Source of the DNA: an uncultured Gemmatimonadales bacterium
GTDB lineage: Bacteria > Gemmatimonadota > Gemmatimonadetes > Gemmatimonadales > GWC2-71-9
Direction: 5' to 3'
Assembly (NCBI GenBank): GCA_963728915.1
Contig: CAVSLV010000004.1
Coordinates: forward strand, 320,001-384,000
Length of the DNA: 64,000 nt
The notes under the pieces were generated by a model, which saw nothing but the letters and a program-made list of their open reading frames with translations, was not told where the DNA came from and made no database searches. The number at the start of each line of letters is the position of its first letter. The first letter of the stretch is position 1. Below, piece by piece: positions 1-9,530 of this stretch. A program made the translations under genes and the position numbers.

Positions 1-308
1 TGGCCGACCTGGTCAGCGCGGGCGTGGTGCTGTCCTCCGGGGAGGAATACGGAGGCGGGGGCCCGACCTTCGTGTTCACCGGGCTCAACAAGCTGAAACC
101 CGAGATGATCGCCGAAGCAACCGCCCGGGCCCGCGAAGCGGCCGAGCAGTTCGCCCGGGATTCCCATACCAGTCTGGGAGGGATCCGGCGGGGCAACCAG
201 GGGGTCTTCGAGATTCTCCCCCGCGATCAGGCGCAGGGGATCACCGAAGCGAGTCAGATCGTCAAGACCGTCCGGGTGGTCAGCACGCTGGACTATCTGC
301 TCCGATAA
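1..308 (+). CDS. SIMPL (DUF541) domain protein, C-terminal part (truncated by window edge)
   Basis: KPEMIAEATARAREAAEQFARDS..LGGIRRGNQGVFEI..KTVRVVST matches the SIMPL family C-terminus as I recall it. Confidence 0.75.
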   Translation, partial: ADLVSAGVVLSSGEEYGGGGPTFVFTGLNKLKPEMIAEATARAREAAEQFARDSHTSLGGIRRGNQGVFEILPRDQAQGITEASQIVKTVRVVSTLDYLLR

Positions 309-342
309 CCAGGTACACCTTTTTTCGTCAGGAGAATATTCT

Positions 343-807
343 GTGCGCAAGTTGACGGGGTTGGCTCTGTTCCTTCTTGCTGTGAGCGGGTGTAGTGGCG
401 ACAGTACGGGCAACAACAATGGCAACGGCAACGGGGACATGTCCGCCTCGATCGACGGACAGTCCTGGACCGGAACCCTCGCGACCGCCGCGAGCTACCA
501 GGGGACCGTGCTCGGATTCGCGGGAACCAACGGCTCCTACCAGATCAATATCACCCTGACCGGTGTCAGTGGGCCCGGGACCTACAGCCTGGGCTCGGGA
601 CAGCTTTCCATCGCCACCGTGGCGACGGTGTCGACCTCCCCGCAGGTGTGGATCACCTCGTCGACTGGTGGGACCGGATCGGTCGTCATCACCAGCCTCA
701 CCTCGAGCGCCGTGGCGGGCACCTTCAGCTTCACGGCGGTTCCGTCCAGCGGTGGCGCCAGCGGCAACAAGGCTGTGACCAGCGGCCAGTTCAACGTGAG
801 CTTCTAG
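343..807 (+). CDS. Secreted lipoprotein, Ser/Thr/Gly-rich beta-strand domain
   Basis: AGGAG RBS, GTG start, signal peptide with lipobox LAVSG-C, NGNG linker. Confidence 0.7.
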   Translation: MRKLTGLALFLLAVSGCSGDSTGNNNGNGNGDMSASIDGQSWTGTLATAASYQGTVLGFAGTNGSYQINITLTGVSGPGTYSLGSGQLSIATVATVSTSPQVWITSSTGGTGSVVITSLTSSAVAGTFSFTAVPSSGGASGNKAVTSGQFNVSF

Positions 808-2413
808 CTTTCCAGTCCTCGAGCGCGGCCACCCGCGCCTCGAGCAGCCCGAGACGATCAGGAGGAGAAACCGGCGGCTCCCTGGGGGCCGCCGGTTTCG
901 TTTGGGTGACCGGCGCCGTCCCCACCCCCGTTCTGGCGGAACTTCCCCGGACCGGCTTCACCCCTCGGGCGCCGAATCGCAGGATCCCCCGGCCCACCGG
1001 ACCGAGCCAGACCAGCCGGAACATCCGCTCCCCGACCGGCATGCGGAATGGACTCCGGATGAGGAGCGTCAACCCGAACCCCGTCAGCACGAACCCCGCG
1101 ACGATCATGATCGAGACCGGGGCCGGAACGAGATAGGAGCCGGGACGGATCATGGTGCGCATGGACCGGGCCCAGCCCACCAGCACGAACCCCATGACCA
1201 CCAGGAGCGCGGCCTGCCAGAGGGTGCGGCGTCGCCGGCGTTGAGTGTCCGGGTCGCTCCGCAAGGCCTGCCGCACGCTCTCCCGTTCGTCCACGACGGC
1301 ACGAAGCCCCTTGAGCGACTCGGTGGGTGAGAACCCCGCGACTGCAAGTCTCCGTGCGGAAGAAACGGTTTGGAGCAGCCGGGCGAACGCCATCGCAAAG
1401 AGGAGGATGACCGGGAGCATTGAATCCAGCGCGGCGAGGTCCTGAAGCCGGCTGATCCGATAGACCAGCCATCCGATCAGGCCCAGGAACACCAGCACCA
1501 GACTCAGCGTCCCGGCTTCCGCAGCGAAGAGGCGGATCGGAACGGGAATCTCGGGCGGAAGGAGACTGGCCTGATCGATCGCCTCCACCAGCGACTCCGC
1601 GCTGGGGAAGCGATCCTCGGGAGCTTTCGCGAGACACCGATCGATCGCCTCGGCGAGCGGAGCAGGGAGGTCGGGTCGCAGAATCTGGGCGGGTGGGGCG
1701 GCCTCGGTGAGCTGCCTGACGAGAATCTGGGGAACCGAGGTCCCCGAAAAAAGTGGCTTCCCGGTCAGCGCGTACAACGCCACCATGCCAAGCGAGTAGA
1801 GATCGCTCCGGCCATCGACCGCTTCGCCGGAAGCCTGTTCCGGGCTCATGTATTCGGGGGTTCCGACGATCTCTCCCACCCGCGTCAGACCGGCGCCGTC
1901 GGTGGGGGCGCTCACCGGCCGGGAAATCCCGAAGTCCATCAGGAGGGCGCGCCCGGTAGCCCGCTCCAGCATGATGTTGTCGGGCTTGATGTCCCGATGG
2001 ACGACGCCGCGCCCGTGCGCGTACGCCAGGGCGTAGCCGATGTCCTGGAGCAGGCGCACCGTCGCCCGGGAGTCGAGCACCCCACCCCGCCGAACCCGCT
2101 CCCCGAGACTCTCCCCCTCGACGTAGCCCATGGCAAAGGCGAGCAGGCCTTCCTGCTCCTCGACCGCGTGGACCGGCACGATGTTGGGATGGGAGAAAGA
2201 GGCGGCGGTGCGAGTTTCCCGGAGGAAACGCTCCCGAAGACCCGGATCGGAAGCGAACTCATTGGGGAGCACCTTGAGAGCGACCAGCCGGTCGAGTCTT
2301 CGATCGCGCGCCAGATAGACGGCTCCCATGCCGCCGCGGCCCAGCTCCCGCTCGATCGCATAGCGATTGTCGAGGCGGCGTCCGATCTCCTCCAGCGCAC
2401 TGGAAACTGTCAT
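791..2413 (-). CDS. Hanks-type Ser/Thr protein kinase with C-terminal transmembrane helices
   Basis: LGRGGMG, VALK, HRDIKPDN, DFG, GTPEYMSPEQ; about 4 hydrophobic segments in the C-terminal half. Confidence 0.95.
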   Translation of the reverse strand: MTVSSALEEIGRRLDNRYAIERELGRGGMGAVYLARDRRLDRLVALKVLPNEFASDPGLRERFLRETRTAASFSHPNIVPVHAVEEQEGLLAFAMGYVEGESLGERVRRGGVLDSRATVRLLQDIGYALAYAHGRGVVHRDIKPDNIMLERATGRALLMDFGISRPVSAPTDGAGLTRVGEIVGTPEYMSPEQASGEAVDGRSDLYSLGMVALYALTGKPLFSGTSVPQILVRQLTEAAPPAQILRPDLPAPLAEAIDRCLAKAPEDRFPSAESLVEAIDQASLLPPEIPVPIRLFAAEAGTLSLVLVFLGLIGWLVYRISRLQDLAALDSMLPVILLFAMAFARLLQTVSSARRLAVAGFSPTESLKGLRAVVDERESVRQALRSDPDTQRRRRRTLWQAALLVVMGFVLVGWARSMRTMIRPGSYLVPAPVSIMIVAGFVLTGFGLTLLIRSPFRMPVGERMFRLVWLGPVGRGILRFGARGVKPVRGSSARTGVGTAPVTQTKPAAPREPPVSPPDRLGLLEARVAALEDWKARSSR

Positions 2414-3897
2414 CGGACCTCGAACCGTCCCTGGGTGAGCGGACTGCCGTTCTCCTCGCAGGTCACGGCATAGAGCCCCGCCTGCCAGCTCCCGGGGTTC
2501 CGGCTTCCCCAGCCTCCGGTCGCGAGCGTCAGGGTGGAGGAAGGCTCCAGCCGGACCACGACTCGGGGCGTCCCGGCCGGGATCGATTCGTTGCGGAGGT
2601 ATCGGCAGACGATCGACGCCGAGAGGATCCGGTCCGGCGCGTCATGGGAGATTGCCAGCTCGACGTTGATGAAACGGGCTGCGGCGGCCGGGAATCTGCT
2701 CTGGTAGTTCCGCTGGTCGAGTGGGAGGGTCCCGTACCCCGATTCGAAGAATCGAATCGACCTGACCCGCGCGTTCATCTGACCAAGCAGTCCGGCGGCG
2801 CGCGCGGGGGGCGGCGGCGGGTTGGGTACCAGGACCGGAGGTGGGGGTGGCGGCTCCCGCCGGGCCTCCGGGTCTCCGCCCGAGACCACCTCGAACCAGT
2901 CCCTCCCGATGAGTCTCCCGCCGTACTTGCACTCGACCCGGTAGCGGCCGGGCTTCCACCAGCCACCGCCAGCGGTTCCCCATCCGCTGTAATAGGCGCT
3001 CTCGGTCCAGTCCGACTGCATCCGGCCGTTGATCGCGAGCGAAGTGAAGACCTGACCGGACGAGGTGAAAATGTCGCAGCCCATCGGGATGGTCAGCTCC
3101 CGGCCGGGCGCCTCGTTGCTCAGGCGAATCTCGACGTCGATGAAGCGCGAGGGGCCGGCCGCGAATCGGGAGTCGTATTGCCGTTGCGCCGGCGGAGGAG
3201 CATTCGACCCGGCTTCGAAGAAGCGGAGTCCCTTGCTCACGATCTTGAGGGTGAATTCGCTGCCACCCTGGCTCGAGACCTCGTGGACCGTGAACGCCAC
3301 GTCGCGCACCGGTCGCTTGCGGGTGATCGCATAACCCGCGCCGGCCAGCACCACCACCCCGACCAGCAGCAGGAGGCCGAGGCGCTTCCAGTTGCGGGGA
3401 GGTCGGGGAGGCCGGGGAGGTCGGAGAGGAGGGGGAGGCAGGTCCGCTGGTTTGGGCCGGTGGGCGGAAGGGGGTTCTGGCAGGGAAGGGTTTGTGCTGG
3501 CCAGGAGAGCGCTGACCTGCTCCGCCAGCCGGGCGGTGTGTGCCTTCAAGTCGGGCGTGAGGGCGTCGAGCCAGTGCCGGGTCCGGAGGTGATACTCCAT
3601 GGCGCCCTCCGGCATCACGTCCTCGATTCGGAGGGGGATGATGATCGCGCCCTTGCGCACTGCCGCGTCGACCTCGTTGATCACGTTGGCGGAGCGATTG
3701 GCGCTCGCCGAGAAGACCACAATGAGGGCCCGGCAATGCTCGATGGCCTCCATGATGGACTCGGCCCAGATCGCCCCGGGCTTGATGTCCCGGGGAGCCA
3801 TCCAGCACCGGATCCCGGCCCGTTCCAGCCCGTGGAGCACGGCCAGCGCCGTGTTACTGTCGGGGCTGGAATAGGAGATGAAAACGTCGTGGGCCAT
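2410..3897 (-). CDS. TIR-domain membrane protein with a duplicated C-terminal domain
   Basis: HDVFISYS..CWMAPRDIKPG..SANVINEV TIR motifs; Pro-rich linker; one TM helix; two related RFFE(A/S)G..SRF..RFI(D/N)VE repeats. Confidence 0.85.
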   Translation of the reverse strand: MAHDVFISYSSPDSNTALAVLHGLERAGIRCWMAPRDIKPGAIWAESIMEAIEHCRALIVVFSASANRSANVINEVDAAVRKGAIIIPLRIEDVMPEGAMEYHLRTRHWLDALTPDLKAHTARLAEQVSALLASTNPSLPEPPSAHRPKPADLPPPPLRPPRPPRPPRNWKRLGLLLLVGVVVLAGAGYAITRKRPVRDVAFTVHEVSSQGGSEFTLKIVSKGLRFFEAGSNAPPPAQRQYDSRFAAGPSRFIDVEIRLSNEAPGRELTIPMGCDIFTSSGQVFTSLAINGRMQSDWTESAYYSGWGTAGGGWWKPGRYRVECKYGGRLIGRDWFEVVSGGDPEARREPPPPPPVLVPNPPPPPARAAGLLGQMNARVRSIRFFESGYGTLPLDQRNYQSRFPAAAARFINVELAISHDAPDRILSASIVCRYLRNESIPAGTPRVVVRLEPSSTLTLATGGWGSRNPGSWQAGLYAVTCEENGSPLTQGRFEVR

Positions 3898-3977
3898 TGG
3901 CGCCGGGGTGGGCGGGGAACCCGAAGATTACGGCCTCCCCGGAGGCCGCGCCAAACCTGCGCCCCCGAGCTCCCCCC

Positions 3978-4006
3978 TTGACCGGTTTCGGGTCAGTCCG
4001 CAGGTT
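3978..4006 (+). promoter_or_regulatory. Putative sigma70-type promoter of beta-barrel gene copy 1
   Basis: TTGACC-N17-CAGGTT; same layout recurs upstream of copy 2. Confidence 0.5.
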
Positions 4007-4046
4007 TAACAAGTCCCCTCATAACCCCAACACAGGTGGAGCGCTC

Positions 4047-4589
4047 ATGAAACGCGGGAGTTTGGTGTCCTTGGGCTTTTTTGCGCTTGCCGCAGCTGTC
4101 TTTCCGGCGACCGCTACGGCGCAGTACGTGTTCGTAGGCGGTGGGGCCTCGATCCCGATCGGCAACTTCAAGGATGCCGGGGCGAAGACGGGGTGGATCG
4201 CGCAGGCCGGCGTCGGATACGATATCGGCGATAAGGGTCTGTGGGTGGAGGCTGAAGGATGGTACGGGTCCCACAAGTACACCGGCGCCACGGGAAAGAC
4301 CGACCTGCTCGCCGGGCTCGGCGCGCTCGGATACAGCTTCATGCCCGGCAAGAAGATGTCGCCCTACGTGGTGGCGGGTGCCGGTTTCATGTCGGCCAAA
4401 GCGAAGCCCGCAACCGGAGCGAGCGTGACCTCGACCAAGTTTGCCTACACCGGCGGGGCCGGCCTCGGCTTCAAGCTGAATTCCACCGTGAACTTCTGGC
4501 TCGAGGGCCGTCTCCTCGGAACCAAGGACGCGAAACTGATCCCGGTCAGCGCCGGGTTCACGTTCAATTTCGGCAAGAAGAGCATGTAG
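4047..4589 (+). CDS. Outer-membrane beta-barrel protein (OmpA-like/porin family), copy 1
   Basis: Signal peptide ending ATA-Q, alternating aromatic/Gly strands, SPYVVAGAG, C-terminal FTFNF; ATG at 4047 after GGTGGAG. Confidence 0.85.
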   Translation: MKRGSLVSLGFFALAAAVFPATATAQYVFVGGGASIPIGNFKDAGAKTGWIAQAGVGYDIGDKGLWVEAEGWYGSHKYTGATGKTDLLAGLGALGYSFMPGKKMSPYVVAGAGFMSAKAKPATGASVTSTKFAYTGGAGLGFKLNSTVNFWLEGRLLGTKDAKLIPVSAGFTFNFGKKSM

Positions 4590-4601
4590 GAAGAGGACCC
4601 T

Positions 4602-4644
4602 CGGATCTCGGTGCTCCCGACTCCCAGCGGGAGTGCCGGGTCCG
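4602..4644 (+). terminator. Stem-loop after beta-barrel copy 1
   Basis: cggatctcggtgctcccg / cgggagtgccgggtccg inverted repeat; no U-tract. Confidence 0.45.
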
Positions 4645-4664
4645 GCGGGTTAATCCGCGCCCTC

Positions 4665-4693
4665 TTGACCGGTTTCCCGACCGCCCGCACGTT
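4665..4693 (+). promoter_or_regulatory. Putative sigma70-type promoter of beta-barrel gene copy 2
   Basis: TTGACC-N17-CACGTT; shares cttgaccggtttc with the copy 1 promoter. Confidence 0.5.
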
Positions 4694-4724
4694 AGAGATA
4701 CCCCTTCCACACACTGGAGGCCTC

Positions 4725-5270
4725 ATGAAACGCGGGAGCTTGCTGTCCCTGGGTGTGTTCGCACTCGCCGCGGTCGTGATCCCGACCACCGCGAGGGCGC
4801 AGTTCGTCTATGTGGGCGGCGGCGCCAACATTCCGGTCGGCGACTTCAAGGACTACGCCAAGACCGGATGGATCGCGCAGGCAGGTGTCGGATACAACAT
4901 CTCGAGCGTCAAGGGTCTCTTCGTCAGCCTGGAAGGCTTCTACGGCTCGAACAAGCACACCGATGTGGCGGGCGACAAGACCAACCTCATCGACGGGATG
5001 GTCACTCTGGGATACGAATTCACACCCGACAGCAAGGTGAGCCCTTACGTGCTGGCCGGGGCCGGCTTCCAGTCGCACCAGTTCAAGCCGGCGACCGGTA
5101 CCGGCGACACCGAAACCAAATTCGGCTACAATGCCGGCGCCGGCCTGATCTTCACCCTCAACTCGACCGTGAGCCTCTGGGTCGAGGGCCGCTTCATGGG
5201 GAGCTCGAGCTCCAAGATGCTCCCCGTCATGGGTGGGTTCTCCTTCAATTTCGGCAAGAAGAGCATGTAG
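4725..5270 (+). CDS. Outer-membrane beta-barrel protein (OmpA-like/porin family), copy 2
   Basis: GGAGG RBS; paralogue of 4047..4589 (MKRGSL, KTGWIAQAGVGY, FNFGKKSM shared). Confidence 0.85.
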   Translation: MKRGSLLSLGVFALAAVVIPTTARAQFVYVGGGANIPVGDFKDYAKTGWIAQAGVGYNISSVKGLFVSLEGFYGSNKHTDVAGDKTNLIDGMVTLGYEFTPDSKVSPYVLAGAGFQSHQFKPATGTGDTETKFGYNAGAGLIFTLNSTVSLWVEGRFMGSSSSKMLPVMGGFSFNFGKKSM

Positions 5271-5287
5271 TCAAAGACTCCCGGATT

Positions 5288-5312
5288 CCGGTGCTCCCGG
5301 GTGGGGCACCGG
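5288..5312. terminator. Stem-loop between convergent genes
   Basis: ccggtgctcc-cgggt-ggggcaccgg followed by ttt. Confidence 0.55.
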
Positions 5313-5322
5313 TTTCCGCGGG

Positions 5323-5901
5323 TTACCCGCGGTCCAGCGCCCGTTCGATCCGCCGGTCCGGAATGAACCAGGCCAGTCCCACCATCACGTAGATCCCGAA
5401 CGCCACCAGCGGGGCCGCGAGGGCGGTTGGAATCGCCACCGCATAGAGCACCAGCGACAGCTTCCCCTTGTAATCGCGGCCCACGGCCGTCGCCAGCGCG
5501 GAATCCCTTCCTTCATGACTGATGAGGGCCCGGGTCAGCAGGGCATAGGCGAACCCCGCGGCGAGAAAGATCACGCCGTATGCCGCCACCGGAACCGCAG
5601 CGAAATGGCTGGTTCCGACCCAGTTCGTCGTAAATGGCACCAGGGAGAGCCAGAACAACAGGTGCAGGTTGGCCCACAGGATTCGCCCGTTCACCTGGTG
5701 GGCCGCCTGGAGCAGGTGGTGGTGATTGTTCCAGTAGGTCCCGATGAAGGCGAAGCTCAGCACGTAGCCGATCAGGTGATGGCGGACCGCCGCGAGCCCG
5801 GCCAGGGTCGGGACCTCCGGCGGGCGGAGCTCGAGCACCATCACGGTGATGATGATCGCCAGCACGCCGTCGCTGAACGCCTCCATCCGCCCCTTGGTCA
5901 T
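5323..5901 (-). CDS. TMEM175 family (DUF1211) potassium channel
   Basis: GRMEAFSDGVLAIIITVMVLEL signature, YWNNHHH, 6 TM; start overlaps upstream stop (ATGA). Confidence 0.9.
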   Translation of the reverse strand: MTKGRMEAFSDGVLAIIITVMVLELRPPEVPTLAGLAAVRHHLIGYVLSFAFIGTYWNNHHHLLQAAHQVNGRILWANLHLLFWLSLVPFTTNWVGTSHFAAVPVAAYGVIFLAAGFAYALLTRALISHEGRDSALATAVGRDYKGKLSLVLYAVAIPTALAAPLVAFGIYVMVGLAWFIPDRRIERALDRG

Positions 5902-7205
5902 GATGGGGTCTCCGCCGGGCGCTTCTTTCGGAATGCGTAGATCACCACCCCCACGGCGGCCGCAATGGCCGCATCCCGAGCCTGGGACCAGGTGGTGTGG
6001 GAGAGGAGCCAGATCGAAAGCAGGAGCGCCAGACCCGCGAGGATCCATCCCCCGGGCACCCGGAACTGCGCGGCGGGCGCATCGGGCTTCCGCCGCAGGA
6101 CCGGCAGCGAGATGCAGGTTGTGGTGTACGCCAGCAACCGGGCAATCACGCTGATCGTGGCCGCGTACACGAACGTGCCCGAGAGGGTCAGCACCAGCAG
6201 GACGAACGCGGTGACCAGGATCGCCGGGTTAGGAGTCCGGGTCCGGGGGTGGACCGCGCCGAACCAGCGCGGCAGCTCCCCCCGCTCGGCCATGGCGAAG
6301 AGCAGCCGCGGGGCCACCAGGACGATCACCAGCAGGTTGCCCCCGATCGAGACCAGTGCCCCCCCGGAAATGATCGCCCCGCCGGCGGGACCCAGGAAGC
6401 TCCGGGCCGCGTCGGCCAGGGGACGACTCGACTCCGCCAGGGCGCCGGCGGGCAGGGTTCCGATCGCCACCACCTGAATCAGCAGGTAGACCGCCACCAC
6501 CACGCCGATGGCCATGAGCAGGGCCGGGGGCAGGTCACGCTGCGGGTTACGGGCCTCTCCCCCGGCGATCGTGGCCAGCTCGAACCCGCTGAAGGCGAAG
6601 ACCAGGAGAAGGACCGAGACCGAGAACGCGTCGAGGCTGGGCAGGGGACCGGGGTGGTACGCGCCCGGCCGGAGAAAGAAGAGTCCCACCGCGATGAACA
6701 GCACCAGGGGGACCAGCTTCGCGACGGTGAAGATGTTCGAAGCGGTGGTGGAGTTCCGGATCCCGGTGAGGTTGAGCAGGGTGAGAAACACGATGATGGT
6801 GCTGATCGTCACCACCCGGCCCGCGGTGCCGGCTGCCCCGGGCCAGAAATACCCGAGGTAGGAGACGAACAGATTGCAGCTCGCCGCGAACGCGGTCAGT
6901 CGGGCAATCCAGAGGAGCCAGCCGACTTCGAATCCCACCAGGGGCCCGAACGCGGCCCGCGCATAGAGGTAGGGCCCCCCGGTCCCGCTGAACCGGCTGC
7001 TCACCTCCGCGAAACAGATCACCATGATGGAGACCACCACCGCGCAGACCACGAAGGCCAGCAGGCTCCAGACCCCGACGCGCCGGAACACTTCGGCGGG
7101 GAGCCCGAAGATGCCCGACCCGATGATCGTGTTGACCCCCAGGGCGACCAGGTCCCGGCGCCGAATGACCCGGAGGAGTCCCTCCGACGATAGGGGTTGG
7201 GACAA
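5898..7205 (-). CDS. APC family amino acid permease
   Basis: IIGSGIF, GGPYLY, FAFSGFE, PRLLFAMAERGELP; about 12 TM. Confidence 0.92.
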   Translation of the reverse strand: MSQPLSSEGLLRVIRRRDLVALGVNTIIGSGIFGLPAEVFRRVGVWSLLAFVVCAVVVSIMVICFAEVSSRFSGTGGPYLYARAAFGPLVGFEVGWLLWIARLTAFAASCNLFVSYLGYFWPGAAGTAGRVVTISTIIVFLTLLNLTGIRNSTTASNIFTVAKLVPLVLFIAVGLFFLRPGAYHPGPLPSLDAFSVSVLLLVFAFSGFELATIAGGEARNPQRDLPPALLMAIGVVVAVYLLIQVVAIGTLPAGALAESSRPLADAARSFLGPAGGAIISGGALVSIGGNLLVIVLVAPRLLFAMAERGELPRWFGAVHPRTRTPNPAILVTAFVLLVLTLSGTFVYAATISVIARLLAYTTTCISLPVLRRKPDAPAAQFRVPGGWILAGLALLLSIWLLSHTTWSQARDAAIAAAVGVVIYAFRKKRPAETPS

Positions 7206-7214
7206 CGCGATCGG

Positions 7215-7721
7215 CTACAGGTAGCGGCCCAGCGCCATCGCGCCGATGGTGATGATGAGCAGGACGTCGATCACCAGACCGGCCTTCATCGCGCGGGCTC
7301 GAAGCCGCTTGGCTTCCGCCTGCACTCCACCGGGGTTGCCGGAAGTTGCCGCCTCCTGGCTGAGCTTCATCGCCTTCGTGAAGGAGGGCCGCACGATGGT
7401 CAGCCCGATGAGAAAGGCGATGATCGCCGAGCCGCCCCCGATGCTATATCCCCTTCCGGGTCCGGTCTCCATGTAGGCGGGGCTGAACCCGCCGGAAACC
7501 CGGTAGAGCAGCCAGATCCCCGAAAGGATCGTCAGCAGCGCGAACATGGCCACCATGGGAGGGTAGTTCCGACGCACGATCCCCACCCCGACTTTCGCCC
7601 CATCGGGTCCCGCTTCCTCGATCGACGGAAACAGAAAGAGGGTCGCAAACAGGTGGGCTCCGAACCAGAAGGCGCCGAGGCCGATATGGACCAGGCGCAG
7701 CACCAGAAGCAGCGCACTCAT
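7215..7721 (-). CDS. Hypothetical 4-TM membrane protein
   Basis: MSALLLVLRLVHIGLGAFWFG..; four hydrophobic helices; GGAG RBS before ATG at 7721. Confidence 0.7.
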   Translation of the reverse strand: MSALLLVLRLVHIGLGAFWFGAHLFATLFLFPSIEEAGPDGAKVGVGIVRRNYPPMVAMFALLTILSGIWLLYRVSGGFSPAYMETGPGRGYSIGGGSAIIAFLIGLTIVRPSFTKAMKLSQEAATSGNPGGVQAEAKRLRARAMKAGLVIDVLLIITIGAMALGRYL

Positions 7722-7867
7722 GGAGAACTCCGCGAACGTGAAAGTGAGGCGCAAACGTACCGCCGACTCCCCAAGGCCGGCAAATCCAGTGGTACTGCCG
7801 AAAACCTCCTCCCGGTGGTACACTCACGCCAATCTGACAGTGAACCGGAACCTCGGAACAGGCCGCC

Positions 7868-8965
7868 ATGCTCAAGCACACCCCCCTCGCCGACCTTCAC
7901 CGCTCCCTTGGGGCGAAAATGGTTCCCTTCGCCGGCTGGGAGATGCCGATCCAGTATGCCGCCGGCATCATCGCCGAGCATCAGACCGTGCGGAACAGCG
8001 TCGGCGTGTTCGATGTCTCGCATATGGGGGAGTTCGAAGTCACCGGGCCGGACCGGAACGCCTTCGTCAACCGGCTCACCACCAACGATGTGGCCGCGCT
8101 GGAGCCGGGCGGGGTCCAGTACTCCGCTCTCCTGACCCGAGAGGGCACCTTCCTCGACGACTGCACGGTGTACCGGTTCGAGGACCGGTTGATGGTGGTG
8201 GTCAACGCCTCGAACCGCGAGAAAGCCTGGGAGCACATCGTCGATCAGAAACAGAAGGGCACCGTGAACGTGCGGCTCAAGGACATTTCGGACGAAACCG
8301 GGCTGCTCGCGGTCCAGGGTCCCCGGGCCCAGGCGGCGCTCCAGCCGATCGCCGGGCTCGATCTCGCATCGGTCGGATACTACAAATGCGCCCAGGGGAT
8401 CCTGGGAGGGGTGCAGTGCTTCATCTCCCGGACCGGGTATACCGGGGAGGATGGGTTCGAGATCTACTGCCGCTGGCGCGATACGGTGGTACTCTGGCAG
8501 GCCGTGACGGCTGCCGGCGCCGCGCCGATCGGGTTAGGAGCCCGCGACTCGCTGCGCCTCGAGATGGGGTATGCCCTGTATGGCCAGGAGATCGATGATA
8601 CGATCACCCCGCTCGAAGCGGGCCTCGGATGGATCGTGAAGCTCGCCAAGGGCGCGCCGTTCATCGGGGAGAAGGCGCTCGAGGAGCAGAAGGCGCGAGG
8701 AGTGACTCGGAAGACCGTGGGATTCCGCCTCCACGGCCGGGGCATCGCGCGGCACGGCTATCCGGTCTGGTACGGGGAAAGACAGGTGGACGTCGTGCGC
8801 AGCGGCGGGCAGAGCCCCTCGCTCGGCTATCCGATCGGAACCACCATGCTGCCTCCCGAGGGCGCGAAGATCGGAACCCGTTTCCAGATCGAATGCCGGG
8901 GGGAGAAGCTCGACGCCGAGGTGGTGAAGCGTCCGTTCTGGACCAAAGGCAGCGTGAAGAAGTGA
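7868..8965 (+). CDS. gcvT: Glycine cleavage system aminomethyltransferase T
   Basis: [44 protein letters not shown]. Confidence 0.97.
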   Translation: MLKHTPLADLHRSLGAKMVPFAGWEMPIQYAAGIIAEHQTVRNSVGVFDVSHMGEFEVTGPDRNAFVNRLTTNDVAALEPGGVQYSALLTREGTFLDDCTVYRFEDRLMVVVNASNREKAWEHIVDQKQKGTVNVRLKDISDETGLLAVQGPRAQAALQPIAGLDLASVGYYKCAQGILGGVQCFISRTGYTGEDGFEIYCRWRDTVVLWQAVTAAGAAPIGLGARDSLRLEMGYALYGQEIDDTITPLEAGLGWIVKLAKGAPFIGEKALEEQKARGVTRKTVGFRLHGRGIARHGYPVWYGERQVDVVRSGGQSPSLGYPIGTTMLPPEGAKIGTRFQIECRGEKLDAEVVKRPFWTKGSVKK

Positions 8966-9456
8966 CCGGCGCCGGGCTCCGGATTGGGGTCCTCACCATT
9001 TCGGATGCCGGCGCCCGTGGGGAGCGGGCGGACACCTCGGGCGACCGGATCGTCGCCTGGCTCGAGGACCGGGGATACTCCCTGGTCTCCCGGAAGCTCG
9101 TCCCGGACGAAACGGTGGAGATCGTCCGCGCCCTGCTCGAGAGCGCGGACGATCAGGAGTGCGACGTGGTCCTCACCACCGGCGGTACCGGCCTGAGCCC
9201 GCGCGACATCACGCCGGAGGCCACCCGCACCGTGCTGGATCGCGAAGCCCCGGGGATCGCGGAGGCCATTCGGGCGGCGGCGCTCCCCCGGTTTCCCAGA
9301 GCGGCGCTCTCCCGCGGGTTAGCGGGTGTGCGAGGGAAGACCCTGATCGTCAATCTTCCCGGGAGCCCCGGCGGGGTGGCCGACGGACTCGCGGTGCTGG
9401 AGCAATGGCTTCCCCACGCGGTGCAGCTCATCCGCGGCGAACCGACCGATCATTGA
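8962..9456 (+). CDS. MogA/MoaB family molybdenum cofactor biosynthesis protein
   Basis: LTISD..DTSG, TTGGTGLSPRDITPEA, LSRG.AG, NLPGSP; GTG overlaps gcvT stop. Confidence 0.9.
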   Translation: MTGAGLRIGVLTISDAGARGERADTSGDRIVAWLEDRGYSLVSRKLVPDETVEIVRALLESADDQECDVVLTTGGTGLSPRDITPEATRTVLDREAPGIAEAIRAAALPRFPRAALSRGLAGVRGKTLIVNLPGSPGGVADGLAVLEQWLPHAVQLIRGEPTDH

Positions 9457-9530
9457 ACGGAGGTGTGAGGTGCGACGTGTGAGGTTTGAAAGCCGGTCCG
9501 CCGGTCCGCCCGTCCGCCGTCCCGCCTGAC

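Noticed and set aside
7722..7867. Glycine riboswitch upstream of gcvT
   Set aside because: No recognisable GGAGA..CCGAAG..CTCTCAGG aptamer pattern.
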